Assembly: GCA_016219065.1 (NCBI GenBank)
Contig: JACRCK010000092.1
Span: 1 to 58,878 of the forward strand
Direction: 5' to 3'
DNA: 58,878 nucleotides
Source of the DNA: Deltaproteobacteria bacterium
GTDB lineage: Bacteria > Desulfobacterota > RBG-13-43-22
The notes under the pieces were generated by a model that was not told where the DNA came from, made no database searches, and worked only from the letters and a program-made list of their open reading frames with translations. The stretch's first letter is position 1, and every line of letters starts with the position of its first letter. Of the stretch, positions 17,928-27,136 are shown piece after piece. The translations under genes and the position numbers were made by a program.

Positions 17928-19778
17928 ATGAACGTCAAGCTTTCCAATTTCGCCCCTTTTCTCTCCTGGATGCGCCGTTACCGGCGGCCGCACTTCCAGG
18001 CGGATCTGTCTGCCGGCCTGACGGTGGCCGTGGTGGCCCTGCCCCAGTCCATGGCCTATGCCCTGATCGCCGGTCTGCCGGTGCAGTACGGCCTGTATGC
18101 CTCGATCGTCCCCACCCTGGTTGCCTGTCTGTGGGGCAGCTCGGCCCACCTGATCACGGGCCCGACCACGGCCGTCTCCCTGGTGATCTTCAGCGCCCTG
18201 AAAAACCTGGCTCCTCCGGGAAGCCCGGCCTTTATCGAGCTGGCCTTTTGGCTGGCGGCTTTTTCCGGGCTCATTCAGATCGGCATGGGGGCGGCCCGGA
18301 TGGGCAACCTGCTGGATTTCGTCTCCCGCTCCGTCCTGCTCGGCTTTACCGCCGGCGCCGCCGTACTCATAGCCTTCAAACAATTGCCCGGATTGTTCGG
18401 CCTGACCGTCCCCAAGGGGGGTCATTTAGTGACCACCCTTTTTCATCTGCTCGGAACACTGCACCAGTCACATCTCATCACCTTGGGCCTGGGGGTTATT
18501 ACTATGGCGGTCATCTTGATCTTGAAGAAAATCCGGCCCGCCTGGCCCGGGACGCTGTTCGCCCTAGTCCTGGTCGGACTCCTGGTTCATATCTTCCGCC
18601 TGGACTCCCGGGGCGTGGCGGTGATCGGCGCCGTCCCCCGGAGCCTGCCCCCCTTTCATCTGCCATCCTGGGACGCCCTGGATAATCTCGGCCAACTGGT
18701 TTCCGGGGCCCTGGCCATCGCCCTGCTGGGACTGGTGGAGGCCGTCTCAATAGCCAAATCCATCTCGGACCAGACCCGGCAACGGCTGAACATCAACCGG
18801 GAATTCGCCGGCCAGGGCCTGGCCAATTTGTCGGCGGCCATTTTTTCCGGTTTCCCGGTAAGCGGGTCCTTTACCCGGTCGGCTGTAAATTTCCGCTCCG
18901 GGGCCCGGACCCCGCTCAGCGGGGTCCTGTCCGCGCTGGCCGTGGCCGCCACCGTACTGGCCGCGGCCCCGCTGGCCGGTATCCTGCCCCTGGCGGGACT
19001 GGCCGGCGTCCTGGTCCTGGTGGCCTACGACATGATCCATTGGGCGGACCTCAAGCGGACCATCCGGGCCACCCGGGCCGATGCCGCCGTGCTGGTGGTG
19101 ACCTTTCTATCCACGCTGCTGCTGAACATCGAATTCGCCATTTACGTGGGCGTCCTCCTGTCCATCGGCCTGCATCTGGCCAAAACCTCCCGTCCCCGGA
19201 TTTACGAGGAGATCCCGGACTTTCTGACCGGCAAGATGAAGCCCGCCGGTCTGGCCGACAGTTGCCCGCAAGTGGATATCGTCTATATCGAGGGATCGCT
19301 CTTCTTCGGCTCCGCGGCCTTCGTCCAGGAGGACCTGCTGCGCCGGCTCCGCAATCACCCCCGGGCCGTCGCCCTCCTGATCCGCATGCATCGGATCAAT
19401 ACCCTGGACGCCAGCGGGGTCCACGTGCTGGGACTGCTGCTGGAAGAGGTCCGCCGCCGGGGGGGGGATATGTATCTGGCCGGGGTCAACCAGCGGGTCT
19501 TCGAGGTGTTCCGGGATTCCGGCTTCCTCCGGGAACTCGGGGAGACCCACCTGCGGGACACCACCGGGTCCGCCATCCGCCAGGCCATGCGGGAAACCTT
19601 CTTTCCGGAGGATTGTTCCGCCTGCGAACTGAACATTTTTCAGGAATGCCCCGACCTTAAAAAGGGACGGTGGGAAACCCTGGGGAAAGGGGTCAAGGCC
19701 AGGACCTGCGCCCTGCCGGCCAGAAAGGCCGCGGCCGACACGGGACCGCCTTCCGGTTTGAAAGGGAGCGCCTCATGA
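17928..19778 (+). CDS. SulP family anion transporter with STAS domain
   Basis: DLSAGLTVAVVALPQSMAYA, GPT, GSFTRS and STAS (GSLFFGSA, LDASG) motifs; Cys-rich tail CSAC..C. Confidence 0.95.
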   Translation: MNVKLSNFAPFLSWMRRYRRPHFQADLSAGLTVAVVALPQSMAYALIAGLPVQYGLYASIVPTLVACLWGSSAHLITGPTTAVSLVIFSALKNLAPPGSPAFIELAFWLAAFSGLIQIGMGAARMGNLLDFVSRSVLLGFTAGAAVLIAFKQLPGLFGLTVPKGGHLVTTLFHLLGTLHQSHLITLGLGVITMAVILILKKIRPAWPGTLFALVLVGLLVHIFRLDSRGVAVIGAVPRSLPPFHLPSWDALDNLGQLVSGALAIALLGLVEAVSIAKSISDQTRQRLNINREFAGQGLANLSAAIFSGFPVSGSFTRSAVNFRSGARTPLSGVLSALAVAATVLAAAPLAGILPLAGLAGVLVLVAYDMIHWADLKRTIRATRADAAVLVVTFLSTLLLNIEFAIYVGVLLSIGLHLAKTSRPRIYEEIPDFLTGKMKPAGLADSCPQVDIVYIEGSLFFGSAAFVQEDLLRRLRNHPRAVALLIRMHRINTLDASGVHVLGLLLEEVRRRGGDMYLAGVNQRVFEVFRDSGFLRELGETHLRDTTGSAIRQAMRETFFPEDCSACELNIFQECPDLKKGRWETLGKGVKARTCALPARKAAADTGPPSGLKGSAS

Positions 19779-20716
19779 AGATACTGGTTTATCTCGACCA
19801 AAAATCGGACTCCCGCCAGGTCCTCTCCTTTGCCTCGGCCTTGAAAAACCGACTGGGGGCTGAACTGGCCATCGTGGCCGTTCAATCCGGGACCCAGGCC
19901 ATAGAAGAGCTGCCCGCGCCGGGGGTCCCGCTGCCCTTGCAGGAGCTGGGCCGGTTTTCGCCGGGAATGCGGTTGCTGACGGAGGCCCTGGGAATTTTTA
20001 CGGCCGAAGGCCTGCTGGTTCCACAAAGCGAAGTCACCATCAAGGACGTTCCTCTCGGCCACCTTTTTACCGGGACGACCCCCAACGGAGAGAAGGTCCC
20101 CTTCTACGAATGTTTCGGCCACCTGGTGGAAACGCTCAACCGCCTGGTGGACGAGCATTCCTATCATCTGCTGATCGCCGCGCCGCCCCGGAACCCCCAT
20201 CTGGCCCGCTTCTGGGCGGGCGACCGCACCCGGGACCTGATTCTGGACCTGCACACTTCCCTGCTGTTCGTCCGGGGGGGCGGGCCGGACGACCGCTACC
20301 TGATCTGCGCCGACGGCTCTCCGTCCTCCCGCCGCCTGTTTCCTTTTTTGAAGCACCTGCTGCCGGCCATCAAAGACCCGCTGGAAATCCTCTGGGTCAG
20401 AAAACCCGACAACGGCAGCGGGGCCGTTCAGGCGGCCGAAGAATGCCTGGCCCATGCCGACGAATGGCTGAGCAGTTGCGGAAAAACCACGGTCCACCAT
20501 CGGCTCCAGGGGCACCGGCCGGCCGATCTGATCCTGCAGACCGCCGGGGCCCAAACCGTCATCGTGCTGGGGGCCAGTCTCAAACATGACCTGGTGCGCC
20601 GCCTGAAGGGTAGCCTGCCCATGGAAATCATCGCCCGGACCGAGGCCACCGTGCTGCTGGTGAAGCTGCCCCACGAGCCCGATATGGAATTTTTCAAGGC
20701 GCCGTTTACCTGTTGA
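19775..20716 (+). CDS. Universal stress protein family (tandem USP-like)
   Basis: MKILVYLD..S, YLICADGSPSS, IVLGA..GS motifs; ATGA overlap with the sulP stop. Confidence 0.8.
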   Translation: MKILVYLDQKSDSRQVLSFASALKNRLGAELAIVAVQSGTQAIEELPAPGVPLPLQELGRFSPGMRLLTEALGIFTAEGLLVPQSEVTIKDVPLGHLFTGTTPNGEKVPFYECFGHLVETLNRLVDEHSYHLLIAAPPRNPHLARFWAGDRTRDLILDLHTSLLFVRGGGPDDRYLICADGSPSSRRLFPFLKHLLPAIKDPLEILWVRKPDNGSGAVQAAEECLAHADEWLSSCGKTTVHHRLQGHRPADLILQTAGAQTVIVLGASLKHDLVRRLKGSLPMEIIARTEATVLLVKLPHEPDMEFFKAPFTC

Positions 20717-20784
20717 ACGATTTGCCTGTAGCCTGTACGGTGGATCAAGCGCAGCGGATCCAAAGCTCCTGCGCGAACGTTGAC

Positions 20785-20847
20785 CCGGTATTTTCGTATT
20801 GATTCGATGTTCGATGTTCGATGTTGGACGTTCGATGTTCGTCTTTA
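20785..20847. repeat. GAYGTTS heptamer element (5 units), preceded by a REP-like palindrome at about 20735-20762
   Basis: Same flanks as 3189-3251. Confidence 0.85.
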
Positions 20848-20879
20848 TTTTCGTATAAAGGTTTATCAAGGTCTGGACC

Positions 20880-21995
20880 ATGCCGGATGACCCGTATCAC
20901 CGCTTACGTTCCTATCTGGATCAATTGCCGCTGGGTTTCCCGGAAACACCTTCCGGGCTGGAAATAAAAATCCTTAAAAAAATGTTTTCCGAGGAAGAGG
21001 CCGAGGCCGCCCTATGGGTCACCCCCTTTCCGGAAGAGGCCCGGCAGATTGCCGAACGGACCGGCGTCGCCCTGGATGGGCTGGAAGCCCGCCTAGAAGC
21101 CATGTCGAGAAAGGGGCTGCTCTTCCGGTTCCGCCGCCGGGGGCAGACCCTCTTTCAGACCGCCCCCTTCATGATCGGCCTCTATGAATATTCCGTCCAA
21201 CGTATGGACCGGGAACTGGCGGATCTCTGCCGCAGGTATTACGAGGAAGCCTATCAGGAGGAGCTGGGGGCCAGCAATGTGCCGGGCTTCAAGGTCATCC
21301 CTATCGACCAGAGGGTCCCGGCCGACCTCGTGCTTTTTCCTCACGTAAAGGTGGCCGAGGAAATTCGGGCCGCCCGGAAAATCGCGGTGGCCGAGTGCGT
21401 CTGCCGGAAAGAAGCGACCCTCACCGGTCACAACTGCGGCTCCCCCCGGGAGACCTGCCTGAGCTTCGGGGTGGCGGCCGAATATTACATCGAAAACAAG
21501 ATCGGCCGGGAAATCGACGCCGAGGAGGCCCTGGCCATCCTGGAGCAGGCCGACCGGGCCGGACTGGTCCACGCCGGGGCCAATACCCGGCACCTATCCA
21601 ATATCTGTAACTGCTGCCCCTGCTGCTGCGCCTCCCTGAAGGGGATCGTCTCCAAAGGGCACGACAAGCGGAAGTACCTGAACGCCCTCTACGAAGCCGT
21701 GGTGGACCCGGAGGCCTGCCTGGTCTGTGAAGCCTGCAGCGAACGCTGCCCGGTCCAGGCCATTATCGTGGAGGAAATCGCCCGGGTGGATCGGGACCGC
21801 TGCCTCGGCTGCGGCTTGTGCGCCGGCGTCTGCCCCAGTGACGCCCTTATGCTGAAGCTTCGGGAAGACCGGCAGGAGCCGTTCAGGAATATTCTGGAAA
21901 TGGGCCTGGCCATTCTCGAGGGAAAAAGGCGATGGAACAGGTCACCGGCGTTTGGGCGCGCAGCTCGAATCCGAAACTTCCGATCAAAAGAATGA
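20880..21995 (+). CDS. 4Fe-4S dicluster (ferredoxin-type) protein
   Basis: CVCR, ICNCCPCCC, CLVCEACSERCP and CLGCGLCAGVCP motifs. Confidence 0.9.
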   Translation: MPDDPYHRLRSYLDQLPLGFPETPSGLEIKILKKMFSEEEAEAALWVTPFPEEARQIAERTGVALDGLEARLEAMSRKGLLFRFRRRGQTLFQTAPFMIGLYEYSVQRMDRELADLCRRYYEEAYQEELGASNVPGFKVIPIDQRVPADLVLFPHVKVAEEIRAARKIAVAECVCRKEATLTGHNCGSPRETCLSFGVAAEYYIENKIGREIDAEEALAILEQADRAGLVHAGANTRHLSNICNCCPCCCASLKGIVSKGHDKRKYLNALYEAVVDPEACLVCEACSERCPVQAIIVEEIARVDRDRCLGCGLCAGVCPSDALMLKLREDRQEPFRNILEMGLAILEGKRRWNRSPAFGRAARIRNFRSKE

Positions 21996-22110
21996 TGCCG
22001 GGCTGAAGGGTCGCCGCTTTCAAAAGATGGCCTTCGGTAAAACCCGGGGAACGGAAACAGGGCTTCCACCCCTCCAGGAGAAGAAGTGAAGCGAAGTAAG
22101 GAGCTGCGCC

Positions 22111-22371
22111 TTGGAAACGATTACCATCACTGTAGGCAGCTTCCGCCTGAACTTTGATAGTGCCTGGAAAATTTTCTGGGCCGTCGCTAAAAGCTATAAT
22201 CCGCACACCTCCCGGATGGCCTGGTTCGATAGGAAACAAGGCCGACATTCCCCGTCACCAAAGGAATGCGACGCCGCCGGGCTTCCCGGATGGGAAGAAT
22301 ACGGACGGATTTATGGGGGCCGGAGAAAGGTGGTGGTGGGAGAGGAAGATTATGTTTTTATTTATACCTAA
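22111..22371 (+). CDS. AF1514-like (DUF5619) small protein
   Basis: TAAGGAG SD then TTG; AWFDRK..SP..C...PGW..Y..GG...YVFIY pattern. Confidence 0.65.
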   Translation: METITITVGSFRLNFDSAWKIFWAVAKSYNPHTSRMAWFDRKQGRHSPSPKECDAAGLPGWEEYGRIYGGRRKVVVGEEDYVFIYT

Positions 22372-22426
22372 AGATGATTAAGCAACCTGACTCCCTGGAC
22401 TAAAAGGTCCTGACGAACCGCAATCA

Positions 22427-23347
22427 TCAGTCGCACTTCTGTTCTTCTTTACAGACTCCTTCGTCGGTGAAAGGATTAATTAGTGGGGTCGGCGCGCCCA
22501 ATGAAGAAAGAGGCAACCCCGATCCAGAATCTGCAGCTGTTACGTTTGATCCCTTTTTTGAGACTGGAGCGCCCAATACGGCAGGCGTTGCCCCTGATGC
22601 TTGACAAGAGGCAAGATAGCGGAGAATAGCCTCCTTTCCGGTTATAATGAGCTTTTCGGACCGCCCGTTCACGAAGAGCGTGGGCACGCTGTTAACGCCC
22701 ATGTTCCTGAGTGTCGCCGTATATTCCTTGCTGAGCACCGGAGTGATGTCGAGCTTGTTCTTATCGATCTCTTCCTTGATCTCCAAGCAGTGCTTGCATT
22801 CGGTACTGTAGAACAGCATCATTTTTTTATCGACTGGCAGAGCCTGTCCTCGCGGCGGAAGGACGAACCCAACACAACCCAGAACCACTGCGAAGGCGGC
22901 GAATCCCGCCGCCACCTCTTTCCATCCCGCAAACAGCCGCAAGAGGCCAAGAGAAACAAAGATACCGAATACGCTTAAGCAGAGTAAGCATACTTCTGAA
23001 AGCCAAAATATTTGGTAGCCAACGAAAAATCCCTCTGCTGCCAGAGCCGCAATGAGGGCGAGGTTGATCGCGAAGTCGAGCAGCCCACTCCGCCTCCTCC
23101 AGTTCAAACCGGACAATAAGGCCAGGAAGGCTAGCGCAATAGAACCTATGAGAATCATTGAGAGATCGCCGAAACGGGCAAGCTGGGTCACGAGCCCGCA
23201 CCCTCCAGCGACACAAATGCTCCTTCCTGACACCTGAAGCCCTGCTTCCACCAACAAATAAAGTGCGCCCAGGACGCTCACGATAAAAAAATATGTCGTA
23301 CTAAATTGCTTTCCCTTCATGCTGTTTTTCTTCTTTGAATTCATCAA
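22427..23347 (-). CDS. VKOR-like membrane domain fused to a thioredoxin/glutaredoxin domain
   Basis: Loop Cys pair CVAGGC, membrane CLLC, then FYSTECKHC and SVPTL (cis-Pro). Start uncertain (23347, 23344 or 23320). Confidence 0.8.
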   Translation of the reverse strand: MMNSKKKNSMKGKQFSTTYFFIVSVLGALYLLVEAGLQVSGRSICVAGGCGLVTQLARFGDLSMILIGSIALAFLALLSGLNWRRRSGLLDFAINLALIAALAAEGFFVGYQIFWLSEVCLLCLSVFGIFVSLGLLRLFAGWKEVAAGFAAFAVVLGCVGFVLPPRGQALPVDKKMMLFYSTECKHCLEIKEEIDKNKLDITPVLSKEYTATLRNMGVNSVPTLFVNGRSEKLIITGKEAILRYLASCQASGATPAVLGAPVSKKGSNVTAADSGSGLPLSSLGAPTPLINPFTDEGVCKEEQKCD

Positions 23348-23897
23348 TGTCGATCAGCACCTCGTGAGTTCGCCTTAATTCTACCAGCCAACGAAAAATT
23401 CGTCCTTGCCTTTAAAATACTCTTAGCGGGCTCCATCGAATAATAAAAATCCCCGGGCCCTCCCTCCCGATGGGGGAAGAATTCTAAGTGTTTGATAAAA
23501 AGTCATTTTTTATCAAACAAAGTATAAGGAAAGGAGAAAATGGGATCAAGAAGAAAAATTACGGGAATGGCGAGAGAGCCAATCCCATCGATAATCGCTA
23601 ACTTCCTGGGCGGTCTTCGTCAAATATTTGCAAGTAACCTCATTAAAATGGGTTGGAGGAGCAATTACCCCGGAGGCTAAACGGCTCCTTCCTGAAATAC
23701 TGTTTATCGTCTTTGACCCAAAAGGCCAAAGTTCTAACAAAAAAATCGCCTAACAAGACTTGGATGGAGTCAAGCTTCCCCAGGAATTCGCCACAGGCGG
23801 AATTCGCCTTTACTCCTCGATACACTCTGCAAAAGATACTTTTCACAACCTCACTTTCTTTCTTGACATAAACAAATATTCAGCTTAATTTGAATTA

Positions 23898-23914
23898 GTA
23901 CCACATTGTGGTAC
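23898..23914. promoter_or_regulatory. Palindromic candidate operator GTACCACA-T-TGTGGTAC
   Basis: Perfect 8-bp inverted repeat about 80 bp upstream of the cupin gene. Confidence 0.4.
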
Positions 23915-23996
23915 ATTCCGATAACAGCAAACCCACCATTTAGAGTTTTGTTCACTGCCACTTGAATTAGACAAGCCAAAGAAAGGAAAATTAATC

Positions 23997-24371
23997 ATGA
24001 AACACTTAACCTGGTTTATTATGAGTATTTTGTTAGTCACTTTGGCATTGGGCCTGGCCACTAAAACGGCTATGGCGCAAGACCTGGCGATACTGATGCC
24101 GAACGATATCAAAGTGCTAGTTGACAATGATCGAGTCCGCGTGCTTGACGTCCTCCACAAACCCGGAGTAAAAGAGCCGATGCATTCCCATCCGGCTTAT
24201 GTGGCAGTTTTTTTGAGCGCAACGAGGCAGAAGGTCACCACACCTGATGGTAAAACCGTTGAGAGAGACCGTAAAGCTGGAGAGGTATCATGGAGCGGCC
24301 CGGTGACACACGCCCTGGAGAACATAGGAACCACTGATCAACATGTTATCGTGATCGAATTGGAAAAGTAG
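23997..24371 (+). CDS. Exported cupin-like protein
   Basis: Signal peptide (..AMA-QD); DNDRVRVL..PG.KEPMHSHP..THALENIG motifs; AAGGA SD. Confidence 0.85.
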   Translation: MKHLTWFIMSILLVTLALGLATKTAMAQDLAILMPNDIKVLVDNDRVRVLDVLHKPGVKEPMHSHPAYVAVFLSATRQKVTTPDGKTVERDRKAGEVSWSGPVTHALENIGTTDQHVIVIELEK

Positions 24372-24732
24372 GTAAATGAAAAGGTACTCGAACAAACTGA
24401 AATGGAACTTGGCGAAGAAGCGCCTGTTGAAAAATACCTTCACCCTCACCCTATTCATGACGGTAAGATTGCATGGTCTCTGGGGAGACTTGTAGGCGGA
24501 GTCCGGTTAGCCTCTTTGTTGATGGGGAAAAAAGCAGAGGGATTGGGCAAAAGGACCCGTCATCCCTGTAGGCCTTACAAAAACCAACTATAGTGGATGA
24601 TTGTCCCCGCCCAGAGCCTTTCCAGAAAGGTCTTCCAAGGCAACAAGCGGACCTCATCCGCTTTGTTGGTTACTGAGGGATAAAAGGGGCCGATGCTCCC
24701 GGGTGAAAGCATATAAAAATCAAATAAAAAAA

Positions 24733-25578
24733 TCAGGGGAGCCCCGCCCCGGGAACCTCGACCTCCACGGTCTCGATCCGCCCGCCGATCCCTCTCCGGC
24801 CCCGACCGGGGACGGACGATTCCGCCGTGCAGACGAAGAGCGTCCGCCGCTCCGGGCTGCCGAGCATGCAGGCGTAAGGCCTGGTGGACACCTGCACCCG
24901 GTGGGTGATCGTCCCTCCCGCCGCTACGCGCAGCACCTGGCCCGGCTCCGGGGCGGCCACCCAGACGGCCCCCTCGGCATCCAGGCAGATGCCGTCCGGA
25001 AAGACCCCCTCCAGATCGGCCCAGACCCTCCGGTCGGCCAAGCTGCCGTCGGGTTGAACGGCAAAGGCGGTCAGCCGGTGGCCGAAGGTTTCGGCCACGA
25101 TCAGGGTTCCGCCGTCGGGCGTGATGACCGTCCCGTTCGGGAACAGCAGCCCGTCGCTCACTACCCGGGCCCGACCATCCGGGAAGACCAGGATGATTTC
25201 CGCCGGGGAAGCGGGCTCCCCGGCGGCAAAGTCGAACCCGAAGTTGCCGATATAAGCCCGTCCCTGCCGGTCGACCACCATGTCATTGCAGTGAAAAGAA
25301 GCCAGCCGGCTCAGATCGGCCGCCTCCGCCAGCCCCTCCGGATCGAGCCGGAGCAGACGGCGGTCGATCATGGAGACCACCAGCAGCCGGCCGTCCGGAA
25401 GCCAGCCCAGACCGGAGGGCGATCCCGGAACCTCGACTATTTTTTCCGTCTTCCCCTGAAGATCGACGGTCGTCACCCAGCGGCTCTGCATATCGGACAC
25501 CCAGAGCTTCCCTTCCTGCCAGCGCGGGCCCTCCGGGAAGAGAAACCCTTCGGCCAGGACGGACGTTTTTAAGATCAT
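24733..25578 (-). CDS. SMP-30/gluconolactonase/LRE family protein
   Basis: FPEGPRW, CNDMVVD, FPNG and FPDGICLDAEG motifs. Confidence 0.93.
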   Translation of the reverse strand: MILKTSVLAEGFLFPEGPRWQEGKLWVSDMQSRWVTTVDLQGKTEKIVEVPGSPSGLGWLPDGRLLVVSMIDRRLLRLDPEGLAEAADLSRLASFHCNDMVVDRQGRAYIGNFGFDFAAGEPASPAEIILVFPDGRARVVSDGLLFPNGTVITPDGGTLIVAETFGHRLTAFAVQPDGSLADRRVWADLEGVFPDGICLDAEGAVWVAAPEPGQVLRVAAGGTITHRVQVSTRPYACMLGSPERRTLFVCTAESSVPGRGRRGIGGRIETVEVEVPGAGLP

Positions 25579-25681
25579 GGCCCTTGCCCCTTAATCAATT
25601 TTAATCCCTGTTGAAATGAATGCCTGATTGTAAAAGGACTTCGTGTATAATATCCAGATAAAAAACTCTGGAGGATAAACA

Positions 25682-26260
25682 ATGAAAGTTTTGGGTATCA
25701 TGGGCAGTCCCCGCATCGGGGGCAACAGCGACCTGCTGCTGGACCAGGCCCTGGCCGGGGCTCGAGAGGCCGGGGCGGAGGTGGAAAAAATTCTCCTGGT
25801 CCGGAAGAAAATTTCCGGGTGCCTGGACTGCAAGGAGTGCAACATCGGCGGAAGCTGCGCCATCCGGGACGACATGCCGGAAATCCAGCAAAAGATCCTC
25901 GAGGCGGACGCCGTCATTCACAGCGGTCCCGTATATTTCTGGGCCATGACTGCGCAACTGAAGGCCTATCTCGACCGCTGGTGCGCCTTTTTCGATGCCG
26001 ATTGGAACTGGCACCGGGAGGTCTACCCCCGGATGAAAGGAAAACGGATCGGATTGATCACGGTCTGCGCAGACCCGAACGTCCACACGGCGGACCCGAT
26101 CGTGCACAGCTTTAAAACCACCGCCGATTTCACCAAGCTGCGCTGGATCGGGACGGTTATGGCCTCGGCCACGGGAAAAGGGGAGATCGCCGGTAACCCG
26201 GCAGCCGGGCAGGAGGCCTTTGAACTGGGGCGGAAGGCGGCAATGCTTGAACAAGCCTAG
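25682..26260 (+). CDS. Flavodoxin family / iron-sulfur flavoprotein
   Basis: GSPRIGGNS, CLDCKEC.....C and PVYF..AQLKAYLDR motifs; GGAGG SD. Confidence 0.92.
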   Translation: MKVLGIMGSPRIGGNSDLLLDQALAGAREAGAEVEKILLVRKKISGCLDCKECNIGGSCAIRDDMPEIQQKILEADAVIHSGPVYFWAMTAQLKAYLDRWCAFFDADWNWHREVYPRMKGKRIGLITVCADPNVHTADPIVHSFKTTADFTKLRWIGTVMASATGKGEIAGNPAAGQEAFELGRKAAMLEQA

Positions 26261-26269
26261 CCTGAAAAC

Positions 26270-26310
26270 CGAACGTCCAACATCGAACATTGAACATCGA
26301 ACATCCAATT
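26270..26310. repeat. GAYGTTS heptamer element (reverse orientation, 5 units)
   Basis: GAACGTC-CAACATC-GAACATT-GAACATC-GAACATC. Confidence 0.8.
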
Positions 26311-26329
26311 TCGGAATAAGGGATATTTT

Positions 26330-27085
26330 ATTAACAGAATTCTAGCGATTTTGTCGGGCGGTCTGATCGTCCTCGGTCTGGCGGCAGTACTGTCCGCGCA
26401 ACCGGCGGCCGGTCCGGAAGGGCTGGACGGCCGGGTCTCCCGTTTTCTGGAGGAGGCCCGGTCTTCCTGGTCGGCCTGGAATGTCCCTTATGAAGACGGG
26501 AAGATCCTCTATGACCTGGTGCTCCGGAACCGTTTCCGAACCATTCTCGAAATCGGCACTTCCACCGGCCATTCCACCATCTGGCTGGCCTGGGCCGCCT
26601 CCAACACCGGCGGGAAGGTGACGACCGTCGAAATCGACCGGGGGCGCTACGAAAAAGCCCTGGTCAACTTCCGGAAGGCCGGGGTGGCGGCCTATATCGA
26701 GGCCCGCCTGGGCGACGCCCACGAACTGGTGCCGCTCCTCCCGGGCCCTTTTGATTTCATCTTTTGTGACGCCGACAAGGATTGGTACGGAAGATATTTC
26801 CAGGACCTGAAAGACAAGCTGGCTCCCGGCGGCTGTTTTGCGGCCCACAACGTCCTATGGGCCGGCGATCCCCATGTCCGGAATTTCCTGGAGCAGGTGC
26901 GGCGGGCCCCCGGATTTCGAACGACCATCGAAAGGGGGAGCGGGGAAGGGATTTCGGTAAGCTGCAAGGAAACCAGAGGTCAGAAGACAGAGATCAGAGA
27001 ACAGAATAGAACTAAAAGCGGTTATTCGGGCGATTCAATTTTAATCTTTAACCCTGACCTCTGTCTTCCGACCTCCGACCTCTGA
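26330..27085 (+). CDS. Class I SAM-dependent O-methyltransferase with N-terminal signal-like segment
   Basis: ILEIGTSTGHS, FDFIFCDADK and HN motifs. Start uncertain (ATT 26330 after an SD, or TTG 26351). C-terminus runs through a repeat array. Confidence 0.85.
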   Translation: MNRILAILSGGLIVLGLAAVLSAQPAAGPEGLDGRVSRFLEEARSSWSAWNVPYEDGKILYDLVLRNRFRTILEIGTSTGHSTIWLAWAASNTGGKVTTVEIDRGRYEKALVNFRKAGVAAYIEARLGDAHELVPLLPGPFDFIFCDADKDWYGRYFQDLKDKLAPGGCFAAHNVLWAGDPHVRNFLEQVRRAPGFRTTIERGSGEGISVSCKETRGQKTEIREQNRTKSGYSGDSILIFNPDLCLPTSDL

Positions 27086-27136
27086 CCTCCGATCTCTGTC
27101 CTCTGATCTCTGTCTTCCGTCCTCCGTCCTCTGTCT
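26974..27136. repeat. Inverted pair of heptamer arrays (CAGARRN / CYGWCYT)
   Basis: About 5 units on the left and about 12 complementary units on the right, at a convergent gene junction. Confidence 0.85.

Noticed and set aside
20714..20731. USP ending Cys-TGA as a second selenoprotein
   Set aside because: Read-through adds only four residues, the downstream hairpin is a REP, and I know of no Sec precedent in this family.
23546..23871. Short overlapping ORFs in the low-GC patch
   Set aside because: No recognisable family. They may be decayed gene fragments, but that cannot be supported from the sequence.
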